IMG/VR virus record: IMGVR_UViG_3300021371_000016 | Span: 1 to 57,337 of that record | Length of the DNA stretch: 57,337 bases | Origin: a virus | Taxonomy: Duplodnaviria > Caudoviricetes | Reading direction: 5' to 3' (one strand) | Part shown: one piece after another, positions 9,419 through 19,430 of the stretch | Layout of the letters: each line of letters starts with the position of its first letter | Numbering within the stretch: position 1 is the stretch's first letter | Position numbers and translations under genes: made by a program | Notes under the pieces: generated by a model | What the model was told of the DNA's origin: nothing | Databases searched by the model: none | The model's input: only the letters and a program-made list of their open reading frames with translations

Positions 9419-10558
9419 CTAAAACTCAACTTCTTCTAATTTTTTTATTTTTAAATCCTCTAACTTAAAATCAAATATAGAAGCCTCTCGCGTTAACCCT
9501 ATTCTGGTTAATGTTGTATCATATATTTTTTTTAATATGACCCTTTGCGCAAAACTTGTTAAAGCATTATTTTTATATAAATTTTTCAGAAGTTTCTCAA
9601 AACCATATGTATAATGAAAGGAAATCTCATCAACACCACTAAATCTTTTACGCATTGATTTTACATTAACACTATTCCAATTACTACATTCTTTCATATA
9701 ATTAGGATAAAATGCAAACATTAAAGCTATTTTGTCATAAGACTTTTCAATATTGCAGTTAGCCATTATTTCTAATGCCATTGTTCCACTTTCTTTATCT
9801 CCTGACTTTAACATTTGAGATATATTTTTTAAATCTAAAGCACTTAGAATTACAGAATCTTCATTGCATTTTGCTAACATATAATCATCTGATGCAAGTT
9901 TAGTATGAGAATTAAGAATATCAATCATACCTTCATCTTTCATATAGCAAATTTCTTTAAGTTGGAGACCATCTCCATTAGCCATAGATTTTAAAGATGG
10001 ATCCAGATTTTGTCTAATATCCCAAATACATTTAAGCTTTATAGATATATATACATTATTAAGATCTTCATTATCTTCTTCTATATTGTCAAAGAAATCT
10101 TCCATAACTTTATAATCCTTAAAGAATTGCTTATTTTTATCAAAGTGTTCTTTAACATTATGATATACTGAATAACTATCCCATTGCTGATGAAATAAAG
10201 ATTTAAAATAAATATCAGAAGTGATTATATAATTTGCTTTATCCATATCTCTTTTAACTGATATCTTATATTTATCTTTTAACAAAGCCATTTTATTTTG
10301 AGGCAATGTTATATTAGGCGTTCTATAAAAAGACTCCTTTTCTAAATTAAAATCCTTTTGAAAATTAAGTTTTGGAACTTCATCATACACTACACCTCTA
10401 ATATAAGGATAATCATCTTCAGGATTATGTAGTTTTACGGTTTTATCATTCCAGTTAAGTTCAGGATCAAAATATATATGTTCATCTCTAAGTACCTTGG
10501 GTGCATTATTTTTATCTGGTATCCTAAATACTATATTGTATGCTTTTATTTTTCTCAT
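9419..10558 (-). CDS. MoxR-module accessory protein A (BRCT-like segment plus helical motif)
   Basis: KYKISVKRDMDKANYII and LKNISQMLKSGDKESGTMALEIM; paralogous to the next ORF. Confidence 0.6.
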   Translation of the reverse strand: MRKIKAYNIVFRIPDKNNAPKVLRDEHIYFDPELNWNDKTVKLHNPEDDYPYIRGVVYDEVPKLNFQKDFNLEKESFYRTPNITLPQNKMALLKDKYKISVKRDMDKANYIITSDIYFKSLFHQQWDSYSVYHNVKEHFDKNKQFFKDYKVMEDFFDNIEEDNEDLNNVYISIKLKCIWDIRQNLDPSLKSMANGDGLQLKEICYMKDEGMIDILNSHTKLASDDYMLAKCNEDSVILSALDLKNISQMLKSGDKESGTMALEIMANCNIEKSYDKIALMFAFYPNYMKECSNWNSVNVKSMRKRFSGVDEISFHYTYGFEKLLKNLYKNNALTSFAQRVILKKIYDTTLTRIGLTREASIFDFKLEDLKIKKLEEVEF

Positions 10559-11580
10559 TTTAAATATTTTTTATATTCTGATTTTACACTAACTTTAAAT
10601 ACATAAAGATCTCTATTGTGTATAGATATTTCTTTGCGTACTATTTTTTCAAGATATTTGAATGCCTCAGAATTTAGTTTATCTTTCGCTTGTAAATGCA
10701 AAATCATATCTTGAGCACTAAGATGATAATATTCATTTAGCCCTGAAGCTTCTAACCAATATTGCACATCTTTATCTCTATTATAGTTATATGTATAAGC
10801 ACCTATTTCTTGAGCTAATTTCCAAACTAAATGATGCTTTTTAGTATAATCTACAGTTGGTAATATTTTTGCTGCTATTGATTTATTATCATCATCATAA
10901 GATCGAACCCAGTTTGATAACTCTTCAACCATTGTTTCACATAAAGGTGTTATATTAGCTGATGCATGCAATAGGTTATCTACTGATAAAACTTTGATTT
11001 CTCCTATATCAATTAAGTAAGCTAAATTTAAAGCCATTGGCGTTATGACCCACTCTTCCATTAAAGAATCTCCATTACAGGCCTGATAAGTTTGAAACAT
11101 TGGTAATAATTTATTATCATATATTACCTTTTTACCATAATTTTCAACAAAGTTACATCTTCCATTAGTATCATCAAAAGCTTCATAATTCCATAACTTA
11201 TACATAAGTTGTGTATTATTTATTTTTTCAGAATTATCAAACCCACAATAAATATTGTCATGAGTTATCAAAAAATCAGCTTTATCATAATCATTTGTTA
11301 TTGTTACCTTATGTTCTTTAGCTGAAGATTTAATTCTATCTAATGTTACTGGACATTTTGATAAAACAAATCCTCTTTTATAATCCTTAATTTTATTATC
11401 AGCTATTGTATTATCAGATAACAAATCACGAATTTTATCAAATACTGATGTATTTTGTGTTATAAGCACATCTGCTATTTCTGTACCTGAAGTGACGAGA
11501 CCATAATAGGTCTCGTCCTCTAGGCCAAAATGCTTCAATGCCTCATTATTATAATTTTCATATAAATTTTTTGATGCCAT
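10555..11580 (-). CDS. MoxR-module accessory protein B (paralog of A)
   Basis: EHKVTITNDYDKADFLI and VEELSNWVRSYDDDNKSIAAKIL. Confidence 0.6.
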   Translation of the reverse strand: MASKNLYENYNNEALKHFGLEDETYYGLVTSGTEIADVLITQNTSVFDKIRDLLSDNTIADNKIKDYKRGFVLSKCPVTLDRIKSSAKEHKVTITNDYDKADFLITHDNIYCGFDNSEKINNTQLMYKLWNYEAFDDTNGRCNFVENYGKKVIYDNKLLPMFQTYQACNGDSLMEEWVITPMALNLAYLIDIGEIKVLSVDNLLHASANITPLCETMVEELSNWVRSYDDDNKSIAAKILPTVDYTKKHHLVWKLAQEIGAYTYNYNRDKDVQYWLEASGLNEYYHLSAQDMILHLQAKDKLNSEAFKYLEKIVRKEISIHNRDLYVFKVSVKSEYKKYLK

Positions 11581-12854
11581 TATTTTACAGTCATTTTAAT
11601 TATTTCAGGCTTCATCATAAGTTTATTAAACTTTTGCTTATTCCCGTTAAAAATAGTTCTTACAATTAGATACTTTAAATCATTGGTAAAATGCTCCTTT
11701 GTACAAAGAGATTCTAATCTATCTGTGATTTTTTGATTAATTGTATTTTCTTTTGAATATACTACAGCGTAATTAGCAAGTCTTGTTGCTAGAGTTGATG
11801 CAATATCTGCACGATAGCTATCATCTTTTCCAACACAACCGGTTAACTCACCAAGAATATATTGCTCATTATCATGGGTCAATAAATCTTTTGGTGTAAC
11901 TAGTTTATCTAACTTGTTATTAATAAAAGTTGTAAACATAGATGCAAATTCATCTCCAACACTACCTTCTCCAATCATTTGAATATAACTAAGGCTATCA
12001 TCAAAGTTTTCAAAACTTGATATTGCATTAAAGAATGTAGTAATTGCACGGGCATTTGTTTCCTGCGTTACTAATTCAGGATGTAACAGCAAGAAGTTAA
12101 TACATCTTGTGTCAATACCAGCTTCTTCTGCCCAACGAGCCCAACAGTTTACATCAAACTGTAAGTTTGCAGTTATATAACGTGTTTTTTGTGCTGCATC
12201 AACAGAGTTTACCATATAATCTCCGTTATCAGGATTTGCTGTTAAGACAATATGCCAATCTTCTGGTAATGACCAAGAGATATATGTCTGACGATCTATC
12301 AATTCCATAACAGCTTGAATAAATCTTTGGTCAGCACGGTTCCAGTCATCAAGTAGTAAAATACCACCTTTCTTTTTTCCTGAGATCCACTCTGGTGCAC
12401 AATAAGACATGCGATTTTTACCTGTCATTTTGTAACCATTATTTAGATAGTCACTAACCGCCATTTCACTAACCCATTGACCAACTTTCTTAGTCACTGT
12501 ATTACTAGACATTTTTACCATATCTTCTGTAGCAGCTTGTTTACCTGCTCCATATTGTAAATTTTTATCTTGAGCTGGTATTGTTACAACTTTCTCTTTA
12601 TACATTTGAAACTCTCTTACTGGGAAACCAACAAGATCACCCAACTCCTCAATTTGAGCTAAATTCAATTTAACAAAATCAAGACTGTGATCTTCAGCAA
12701 TCTGTTTTACTGTAGATGTTTTACCAATACCAGATTCACCTAGAACTTCTATTGCTACAGGTAGTTTACCTTGCTTTTGTAAAAACCTGTTATTATTAAT
12801 AATGTGATCCATAAAACCATTTAGATCATCAATGTTTAAATTTACTTGTGCCAT
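11580..12854 (-). CDS. MoxR-like AAA+ ATPase
   Basis: Walker A GESGIGKT, ELGDLVGFP, Walker B ILLLDDWNRA, sensor TANP, D.AQKTR arginine-finger region. Confidence 0.88.
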   Translation of the reverse strand: MAQVNLNIDDLNGFMDHIINNNRFLQKQGKLPVAIEVLGESGIGKTSTVKQIAEDHSLDFVKLNLAQIEELGDLVGFPVREFQMYKEKVVTIPAQDKNLQYGAGKQAATEDMVKMSSNTVTKKVGQWVSEMAVSDYLNNGYKMTGKNRMSYCAPEWISGKKKGGILLLDDWNRADQRFIQAVMELIDRQTYISWSLPEDWHIVLTANPDNGDYMVNSVDAAQKTRYITANLQFDVNCWARWAEEAGIDTRCINFLLLHPELVTQETNARAITTFFNAISSFENFDDSLSYIQMIGEGSVGDEFASMFTTFINNKLDKLVTPKDLLTHDNEQYILGELTGCVGKDDSYRADIASTLATRLANYAVVYSKENTINQKITDRLESLCTKEHFTNDLKYLIVRTIFNGNKQKFNKLMMKPEIIKMTVK

Positions 12855-12859
12855 AATTT

Positions 12860-14017
12860 TTAATTTAATTTAATTTTTAATCCTGGTAACGCTTCATTTA
12901 TATCAGATATACTACTATGAACCCATAAAGTGTTCTTAGGACAGTTATCTGGAGAATATGCTTCACCATCTGTTAGATATATAAGCGCTGTATAACGCCC
13001 GTTTTCATTATAATGATTTATTACAGGTTGAAATGATGTACCACCTCTACCATGAACTTCTAAATCCTTTTTAGGATTAAATTCTTCTATAGTTCTTATT
13101 CTTGTATCACATTGTACAATTGTAATCTTATGACCAGTTTTATGCATATGGCATAATTCATTGGCAAACTCTTTAAGTTCATCATTGTTTACTGAACCTG
13201 ATGTATCTATTCCAACACATACATGATTCTTAAATTTAATCTTAAGACCCGGATTACCAGAATATCTTTTATTATACTTTCTTCTTAACTTTTTTGTATA
13301 AGCAACTGAAGAATTACCAATAAATCTTCTAAGATATCCTTTCCAATCAAACTTAGTCGGTTCAATATAGCGTAACCGTTTAATAAGATCAGCTAATTCA
13401 CCAGGTATATTTCCAGATCTTTTTTCTGTAACATCCGCATTCTCTTTAACCTGATGTTCAATCTGTTTTTGAATTAACTTTCTTTCTGCTTCAGGTATAT
13501 CTTCAAACTCTTCCCATGTAGAATGAGACCATGGAGTATTTTCATCCATTTGATTAAGCAAATTATCCAATGATGGAGATGTTCCATCTTTTTTTGCTTG
13601 TTGTAATAGATCATAGTACTCTTTAGTTCCCGCTCTCCTTGGAAGATTAAGTTCTGGAAAAGTATCTAAAGTCAATCCACCGTCAGGTAAACATAATGGA
13701 TCAATATATTGATTAATCTCAATATCTGCAGCTATATTAAATAGCTTTTTATCATTATATCTATCTCGTACTGTAAGATGACCAAATGATATATGGAGCA
13801 ACTCATGTTTTAACAATCCTTTTCTATGATCTTCTGATAAATCTGTAAAAAAATCACTGTTAATTGTAAGTTGAACTCCAATTCCATTTTTACTTACACC
13901 TGCCGTAGGTATATCATCCCTATAAACCTTATTAAGGCCAACTAAAAAAAGCCCATAAAAGGGCTCATCAAATATTAAATTTTTGCTAGTCTTTGATACT
14001 AGATCTGCTATTTTCAT
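12860..14017 (-). CDS. Metallopeptidase (HExxH) plus vWA domain protein (DUF2201-like)
   Basis: HELLH, NIAADIEIN, MIDAS DTSGS, GRGGTSF, LTDG. Confidence 0.88.
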   Translation of the reverse strand: MKIADLVSKTSKNLIFDEPFYGLFLVGLNKVYRDDIPTAGVSKNGIGVQLTINSDFFTDLSEDHRKGLLKHELLHISFGHLTVRDRYNDKKLFNIAADIEINQYIDPLCLPDGGLTLDTFPELNLPRRAGTKEYYDLLQQAKKDGTSPSLDNLLNQMDENTPWSHSTWEEFEDIPEAERKLIQKQIEHQVKENADVTEKRSGNIPGELADLIKRLRYIEPTKFDWKGYLRRFIGNSSVAYTKKLRRKYNKRYSGNPGLKIKFKNHVCVGIDTSGSVNNDELKEFANELCHMHKTGHKITIVQCDTRIRTIEEFNPKKDLEVHGRGGTSFQPVINHYNENGRYTALIYLTDGEAYSPDNCPKNTLWVHSSISDINEALPGLKIKLN

Positions 14018-14352
14018 AAATTTTTATTTTTCAAATATTTATCTTTTAAATAATAAAATATATCCTTTTCAGCTTGAACTGAGGATTTATATACATTTTT
14101 TTCTATCTCATCTAATGTAAGATCTGTCCAATTATAGATTGTAAACTTACCTTTTACGGTACTACGGCTATAAAGTATTTTAGCTCTAGAATTTATATTT
14201 ACAGGTTTACATAATAGTTTTATCATTAAACTTGATAACTCTATATTTTCTATACATTTTATAGCTAACTCCCTATCATCACTTCCTGATGTTAACATGG
14301 TAATTATATTCTTGTATGTTTCTAAGTCTATTTTTACAATTTCATCATTCAT
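14014..14352 (-). CDS. Small protein sharing a helical motif with MoxR accessory proteins A and B
   Basis: ETYKNIITMLTSGSDDRELAIKCI. Confidence 0.6.
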   Translation of the reverse strand: MNDEIVKIDLETYKNIITMLTSGSDDRELAIKCIENIELSSLMIKLLCKPVNINSRAKILYSRSTVKGKFTIYNWTDLTLDEIEKNVYKSSVQAEKDIFYYLKDKYLKNKNL

Positions 14353-14713
14353 TAATTATTTCAATTATTACTCCTGGTTTTTCTTTATCATATTCATACT
14401 TATTAAATGAAGGGATTATAAAATTCATATTATCATCCTCAATCCATCCATTTTTAACCATATCATCTTGCACAGTTTGCGCAGGGTTTATATAATCAAA
14501 CTTATGTCTAGTGCCTCTTATAAAAGTAAAAGCTATTTTGACCGGTAGTTTATGCTTCTTTAATTCCTTTTGAAATTGAGATGCATACTTCTTATAGTAG
14601 GATAAGGTATCCTTTCTATATTTCATAACTGTTTTACTAGATATGAAGTACTTGCCTGTCCAACGTCTTCCATTTTTACTTGATGGTACATTACCTGGTA
14701 TAAACCATTTCAT
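14345..14713 (-). CDS. rusA: RusA-like Holliday junction resolvase
   Basis: IPGNVPSSKN, FDYIN...QDDMVKNGWIEDDN catalytic Asp pattern. Confidence 0.8.
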   Translation of the reverse strand: MKWFIPGNVPSSKNGRRWTGKYFISSKTVMKYRKDTLSYYKKYASQFQKELKKHKLPVKIAFTFIRGTRHKFDYINPAQTVQDDMVKNGWIEDDNMNFIIPSFNKYEYDKEKPGVIIEIINE

Positions 14714-14714
14714 A

Positions 14715-15680
14715 TTATTTATGTATAATCTTTTTTAATAGAGGTGAAAGAATAGAACGAATATATTCAATACCGTGATTCTTAACAGAGTCAGATATAT
14801 CTTTGTCTTTGTCTAAACATAAGCCATCTAAATCATACATTGACTTATACGTGGCTATTGCTTTCTTTCCTGCCTCATCATTATCAAAGAGGGTTATTAC
14901 TTTTTTGTATTTAACTTTTAAGTTTTCAATTATGTGTGGTTTTATTAATGTATTTTCACTATCTGGAGCTATTACTTCTATATTATAACCAAATGATTTT
15001 AGACACATTGCATCTTTTAATGATGAACATATAACTAAATACGGTTGGTCATACTTTAACTGATCAAGTCCTTGTACATGTGGCATTACTTTATGAAACT
15101 TATGTTTTTTATTATAAGGTTGATATACCTTATATACTTCGTTATTATTATTATAATAACCATACATATACTTAGAATCAATTTTTATTTTTTCAGACCC
15201 TCTGGTCATAGTATAATAATCAATAGGCTTTACATTATATTTCTCTAACATACTGCTACCTATATTATATTGCAACCAATATTCTGCATCTGTTTTATAC
15301 CAATCTCTTGGAACAACTAGTCCCATTTTCCATTTTGTTACTGGTTTAATAGATTTTCTATTAATTGGATTTTCTTTAACATATGCATTATAGTCCTTTA
15401 TCATTCTTTCTAAAGCATGCGAATAACTAACATTAAATAATTCTTGAATAAGGTTAATTTTATTACCACCTTTTCCTGTAGAAAAATCCTTAAACATATA
15501 ACACATTTTTGTTTTATCTACATATATACACAGACTAGGTGTACGTTCTCCTGGATTCCAAGCAGATTTTATTTTAAGATCTTGCCCAGTCAACTCCTCA
15601 TTTATATTGAGATAATATCTAAATACCCAGTAACTAGGTATGTCTTTCTCACTTGTAACTAAGTTTTTTGTATTGAGCAT
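14715..15680 (-). CDS. DNA primase (TOPRIM)
   Basis: ERTPS..FKDFSTG N-terminal region, ICSSLKDAM, LFDNDEAG (DxD), KDISD. Confidence 0.88.
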   Translation of the reverse strand: MLNTKNLVTSEKDIPSYWVFRYYLNINEELTGQDLKIKSAWNPGERTPSLCIYVDKTKMCYMFKDFSTGKGGNKINLIQELFNVSYSHALERMIKDYNAYVKENPINRKSIKPVTKWKMGLVVPRDWYKTDAEYWLQYNIGSSMLEKYNVKPIDYYTMTRGSEKIKIDSKYMYGYYNNNNEVYKVYQPYNKKHKFHKVMPHVQGLDQLKYDQPYLVICSSLKDAMCLKSFGYNIEVIAPDSENTLIKPHIIENLKVKYKKVITLFDNDEAGKKAIATYKSMYDLDGLCLDKDKDISDSVKNHGIEYIRSILSPLLKKIIHK

Positions 15681-15693
15681 ATTGTAAATTTAT

Positions 15694-15780
15694 AAAAAAA
15701 AGGCAGAGGTGTGCTCCTTTGCTTTCGGTTGATGCCGGTCTTAACCATACTCACGTCCACATTTTCACATGCCTTATTTT
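15694..15780 (-). promoter_or_regulatory. Structured intergenic element / attenuator-like leader of primase
   Basis: AAGGCA...TGCCTT closing stem around a ~64-nt GC-richer interior, followed by a U-run on the minus strand. Confidence 0.45.
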
Positions 15781-15793
15781 TTATATTTTATTT

Positions 15794-16471
15794 TTACAGA
15801 TCAAAATCTGATCCTGCATTATTAGCAGGTTCAAAACTTTTAGTTTCAGAAGAAGTCTTTTTCGCAACTTCTCTTACATGGTCAGCTTTAGAAAACTTAT
15901 ACAGCCTAGAGTTTTCTACATCTAATGCTTCCAATGGAACACCGTCTTTTGACATACGTGGCAAATAAAGATCATTATTTATATAACCTTCTTTATTTTC
16001 CCACTCTCTTGCGCCAATGCAAGCATTAATATATGTATCACCTGATAATACTTGATTAGCTGAATCCATAAATTCAGTAATTGTATTAGCTTCAATTGAA
16101 TCAAGATCATCTCTTTTATCTAGAACTTCAGCTAAATATATCATGGCTCTCATAACATCGCTTTCAAGCTTAACTTCTCTACCACTTGGTAAAGTAGCAT
16201 CTTTATATGCGTATGGGCTCATTCTTACTCTCCCTACTTGACCTTTATAACGCGGTCCATCTTGATCATTAGGATCAACTAAGAATCCATCAAATTCACC
16301 TTTAACAGGCTCAGATTCTACATGTAATACAACATTATATGCATCCTTATCATAAGGAGTTTGGTCAAATGTAATCTTATTAATCTTGATTACTTGATTG
16401 CCTGGACTAATCACAGGTCTTGCTTTGCCGCTACCGGCACTCATGTCTTTTGTACTTAACATACTTTTCAA
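15794..16471 (-). CDS. Putative single-stranded DNA-binding protein
   Basis: Beta-rich, acidic-aromatic C-terminus (SDFDL), directly downstream of the Sak4-like ATPase. Confidence 0.6.
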   Translation of the reverse strand: MKSMLSTKDMSAGSGKARPVISPGNQVIKINKITFDQTPYDKDAYNVVLHVESEPVKGEFDGFLVDPNDQDGPRYKGQVGRVRMSPYAYKDATLPSGREVKLESDVMRAMIYLAEVLDKRDDLDSIEANTITEFMDSANQVLSGDTYINACIGAREWENKEGYINNDLYLPRMSKDGVPLEALDVENSRLYKFSKADHVREVAKKTSSETKSFEPANNAGSDFDL

Positions 16472-16479
16472 TTAATTAA

Positions 16480-17163
16480 TTATTGTTCATACTTGATAAT
16501 ACAGTCTTTAACAAACTGTAGATCGTTTTCTATAAAGGTTTCTTCAAACATATCCATAGGAGACTTGGCTGTAGTCTCACCATTAGTTTGTGTTTCAAAA
16601 CCATACTGCATTTTACCATCTTCTTCTCTAACAACTTTGCCAAAGAGGACGATTGAAAAAAGACCTTCCAAAGTTAATGCATTATCTATCATTTTACCAA
16701 CAGTTTTTGCTTTAACTTTATTACGGCCATTGATGTCTGTTGTAGACTCCGAATGAGTAAGAAAGAAACAATACAAATCATCTCTCAAATCTTTGGGCAT
16801 TTTTGCAACCTGAGCTAGGTTAGAAGCGATTGAGGTGAATTTATCATAGCCTTTCTCATTTGCTCTATCAAAGTATTCAAATGCAGACATATACTGCCAA
16901 TCATCAATAACTAGGTTAGTGATGTGCGGCATCTTATCATTGACATGTTGTATAGCTTTTATAATCCCTGCGGCAGATGATGCATTAGTCATATTACCTT
17001 TAGGATTATCCTTGCTTATCAATGTATAATTCTTTTTCCAACCTTTAAAAGGTAATGGTTTGTTTGCTATATTAATCCAAAAAGTTGTCTTTGGATCTAA
17101 ATTTCTGCCAGACGTTGATTTACCGGAGCCTGAGTCCGCGATTACTAATACACTTTGTGCCAT
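16480..17163 (-). CDS. AAA_24 / Sak4-like P-loop ATPase (recombination)
   Basis: Walker A ADSGSGKST, KPLPFKG, LVIDD, KGYDKF, KTVGKMID, AKSPMDMF. Confidence 0.85.
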   Translation of the reverse strand: MAQSVLVIADSGSGKSTSGRNLDPKTTFWINIANKPLPFKGWKKNYTLISKDNPKGNMTNASSAAGIIKAIQHVNDKMPHITNLVIDDWQYMSAFEYFDRANEKGYDKFTSIASNLAQVAKMPKDLRDDLYCFFLTHSESTTDINGRNKVKAKTVGKMIDNALTLEGLFSIVLFGKVVREEDGKMQYGFETQTNGETTAKSPMDMFEETFIENDLQFVKDCIIKYEQ

Positions 17164-17166
17164 TTA

Positions 17167-17676
17167 TTATTTATTTATTGATTTTGCTATTGATTCTAAC
17201 GCTGTTGCTATTCTTTGTAGCACCTTAGTTATATCATCTGTATCATCCGGATTAGGAAGAAAGAAAGGATTCTCTTTCTCAGTTTCTTTTGATGATTTTG
17301 TATTAAGATCTTTAACTATTGTTAACTCACTTACAGGTATAAGATGTCTTTCAAAACCTGAGTTGCTTGTAACTAATTCATACTCTTCCTTCCAATGAGG
17401 ATTATGTTTATGAAAATATAAAGTTCTTAGTGGATCCTCAGAATCATATTCTATACTGACGAACTCTGTATAGATATCACCATTCTTTTGTAACTCACTT
17501 GGAAAAAAACTAACATATAATTCATCTTTTCCACTTGGCCTATATGCCATCTTAGGTATATATACTGCATCAGAATCTCCAATTTTTTGGAAATAAGACT
17601 CATGCTCTTCTCTTAATTTTGCAATCTTTGCTTTTCTCTCTGTTGGGGTCATTACTTTTTTTTTTGTACTTATCAT
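17167..17676 (-). CDS. Hypothetical protein
   Basis: 169-aa ORF between the helicase and the ATPase. Confidence 0.7.
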   Translation of the reverse strand: MISTKKKVMTPTERKAKIAKLREEHESYFQKIGDSDAVYIPKMAYRPSGKDELYVSFFPSELQKNGDIYTEFVSIEYDSEDPLRTLYFHKHNPHWKEEYELVTSNSGFERHLIPVSELTIVKDLNTKSSKETEKENPFFLPNPDDTDDITKVLQRIATALESIAKSINK

Positions 17677-18629
17677 CTTCTTTCTTGTTGTGGCGGAGTT
17701 GCCATTTCTGATACTTGCATCCTTTCAAACTCAGCTTTGAAAAAACTCATGCGAGCATCTCCATTTCTTGCTTTCAAAAAATGTAACACAAGAGTTCTAT
17801 CATCTTGTATTATATATCTATCTGGACCGTAAAATCTAATCTTTTGTTTAGCAGGTCTATTAATACCAAGTAGCGTATCAGCATGTTGCAACATAGCATC
17901 TGAACCAAATATATCTGATTCAAGAATATAGTTACCATATTTACCATCTACTGCACGATCCGGATTATCAATATTTCTATTAAGCTGAGACAGTGCAATA
18001 AATAAACAAGGATAATCTCTCTTACATTGGGTAAAGAACTCACCTAATTCAAATAACATATCTAATCTATTATTTTGATATGGTGCTCTTTTTACAAGTA
18101 TTGTATGATCCAGAGTTATAATGGTCTTCTGACCTTTATGCTCATTCATATACATATCAACCTGCTCTCTCATTTGATTAACAGTCATTGGAGTACTTAT
18201 AATATCAACAGGATTTGTAACTCTAGTCTTAGCATACTCATAGCATTGATTAATTACATCTGTAGTTAAAGTACTACCAGCTGAACATAACTCCTTATAA
18301 GTTTTACCCGTTAATGAACTAAATTCTCTAATTGCTGACGTTCTACCAACCATTTCAAATTGAAACTCTAATACTCTAAAGTTATCATTAGGATTTAAAT
18401 CAAAAGATTCTCTTATTATTTGATCTTTAATTAATGTTTTACCCGATCCCGGTCTACCACCTATTACAGTTAATGTATTCCATTCTAATCCATCTGTAGT
18501 AGCGTCATTGAACTTTGGCCAAGGTGTATATATAGACTTCTCCTCACCGGATTGTCTTTTGCTCATATAGTTTAGAGCTTCTTTAAATGCTTTATACTGC
18601 CCTCCCCAGGCCGATATTGGTTTACTCAT
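17673..18629 (-). CDS. dnaB: DnaB-like replicative helicase (C-terminal ATPase domain only)
   Basis: GGRPGSGKT, FEM, LDH, LSQLNR, SD.FGSD...QHAD, LKARNG. Confidence 0.92.
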   Translation of the reverse strand: MSKPISAWGGQYKAFKEALNYMSKRQSGEEKSIYTPWPKFNDATTDGLEWNTLTVIGGRPGSGKTLIKDQIIRESFDLNPNDNFRVLEFQFEMVGRTSAIREFSSLTGKTYKELCSAGSTLTTDVINQCYEYAKTRVTNPVDIISTPMTVNQMREQVDMYMNEHKGQKTIITLDHTILVKRAPYQNNRLDMLFELGEFFTQCKRDYPCLFIALSQLNRNIDNPDRAVDGKYGNYILESDIFGSDAMLQHADTLLGINRPAKQKIRFYGPDRYIIQDDRTLVLHFLKARNGDARMSFFKAEFERMQVSEMATPPQQERR

Positions 18630-18852
18630 TCAATTCCATTAAATATTGTGTTACTTCATAATAAAACTTTTTTGCTGTTTCTTTAGCTAATCTTTTTGAC
18701 GCTATTGATGCAGCATGTATAGCTTGTTTTCTATTCATTACAGTACCAATAGTTGTTTCTTTATAGTCTTTCATTTCTTTGATTAGATTTTCAGAGTATT
18801 CTCTGACTAAATCTTGATCATTTTCTTCTTGGTGTTGTTCATCGTATATCAT
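18622..18852 (-). CDS. Hypothetical protein
   Basis: 76-aa ORF coupled to neighbours. Confidence 0.55.
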   Translation of the reverse strand: MIYDEQHQEENDQDLVREYSENLIKEMKDYKETTIGTVMNRKQAIHAASIASKRLAKETAKKFYYEVTQYLMELNE

Positions 18853-19430
18853 ACTACTTTTTCTTTGAAGTGATCATCCTCAGTGCTTATACCATCACGA
18901 ATCATATCACAATAGTCAGCAAGCTTTGAGGTTTTTACTTTATGTTTATCTTGTTTTGATATAAAATACTGACTATTCTGCATGTAAAGGTAATTATTCT
19001 TTTGATACTCATTTACATACATCTTAGCAGCTTTTATGACTTCTTCCCAAGTATAATCATACTCTGCAAAAAACCATCTAAAATTTTCAGTAAGTATTTT
19101 AGCATTATTTCTTGCAGGTACACCCGAAGGTAATTTACCTTTAGGAAATATATTCCTATATTGATCTATATTTAATGCACCAGATTTACCTAGTAACTGC
19201 TTAGTTGTTTTCTTTTTATTTACAGTAAAATAGTTATTTAATGTTACAATAACTTTTCTCCCTTCCGGAGTTATTTCATTTTTATTATTTATATATCCTT
19301 CATTATATAGAGCTACTGTATCTGTAAGATCACAATCTGAAGGTGTAACTCCTTCATCAAATGCAAATAATATCATGCATTGATTAGGTGTTATACTATA
19401 TTTTTGAATTTTTCGGAATAATTCCCACAT
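18849..19430 (-). CDS. Putative replication initiator / helicase-loader-like protein
   Basis: N-terminal wHTH-like region, C-terminal WEEVIKAAKMYV..YMQNSQYFI; position upstream of dnaB. Confidence 0.5.
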   Translation of the reverse strand: MWELFRKIQKYSITPNQCMILFAFDEGVTPSDCDLTDTVALYNEGYINNKNEITPEGRKVIVTLNNYFTVNKKKTTKQLLGKSGALNIDQYRNIFPKGKLPSGVPARNNAKILTENFRWFFAEYDYTWEEVIKAAKMYVNEYQKNNYLYMQNSQYFISKQDKHKVKTSKLADYCDMIRDGISTEDDHFKEKVV

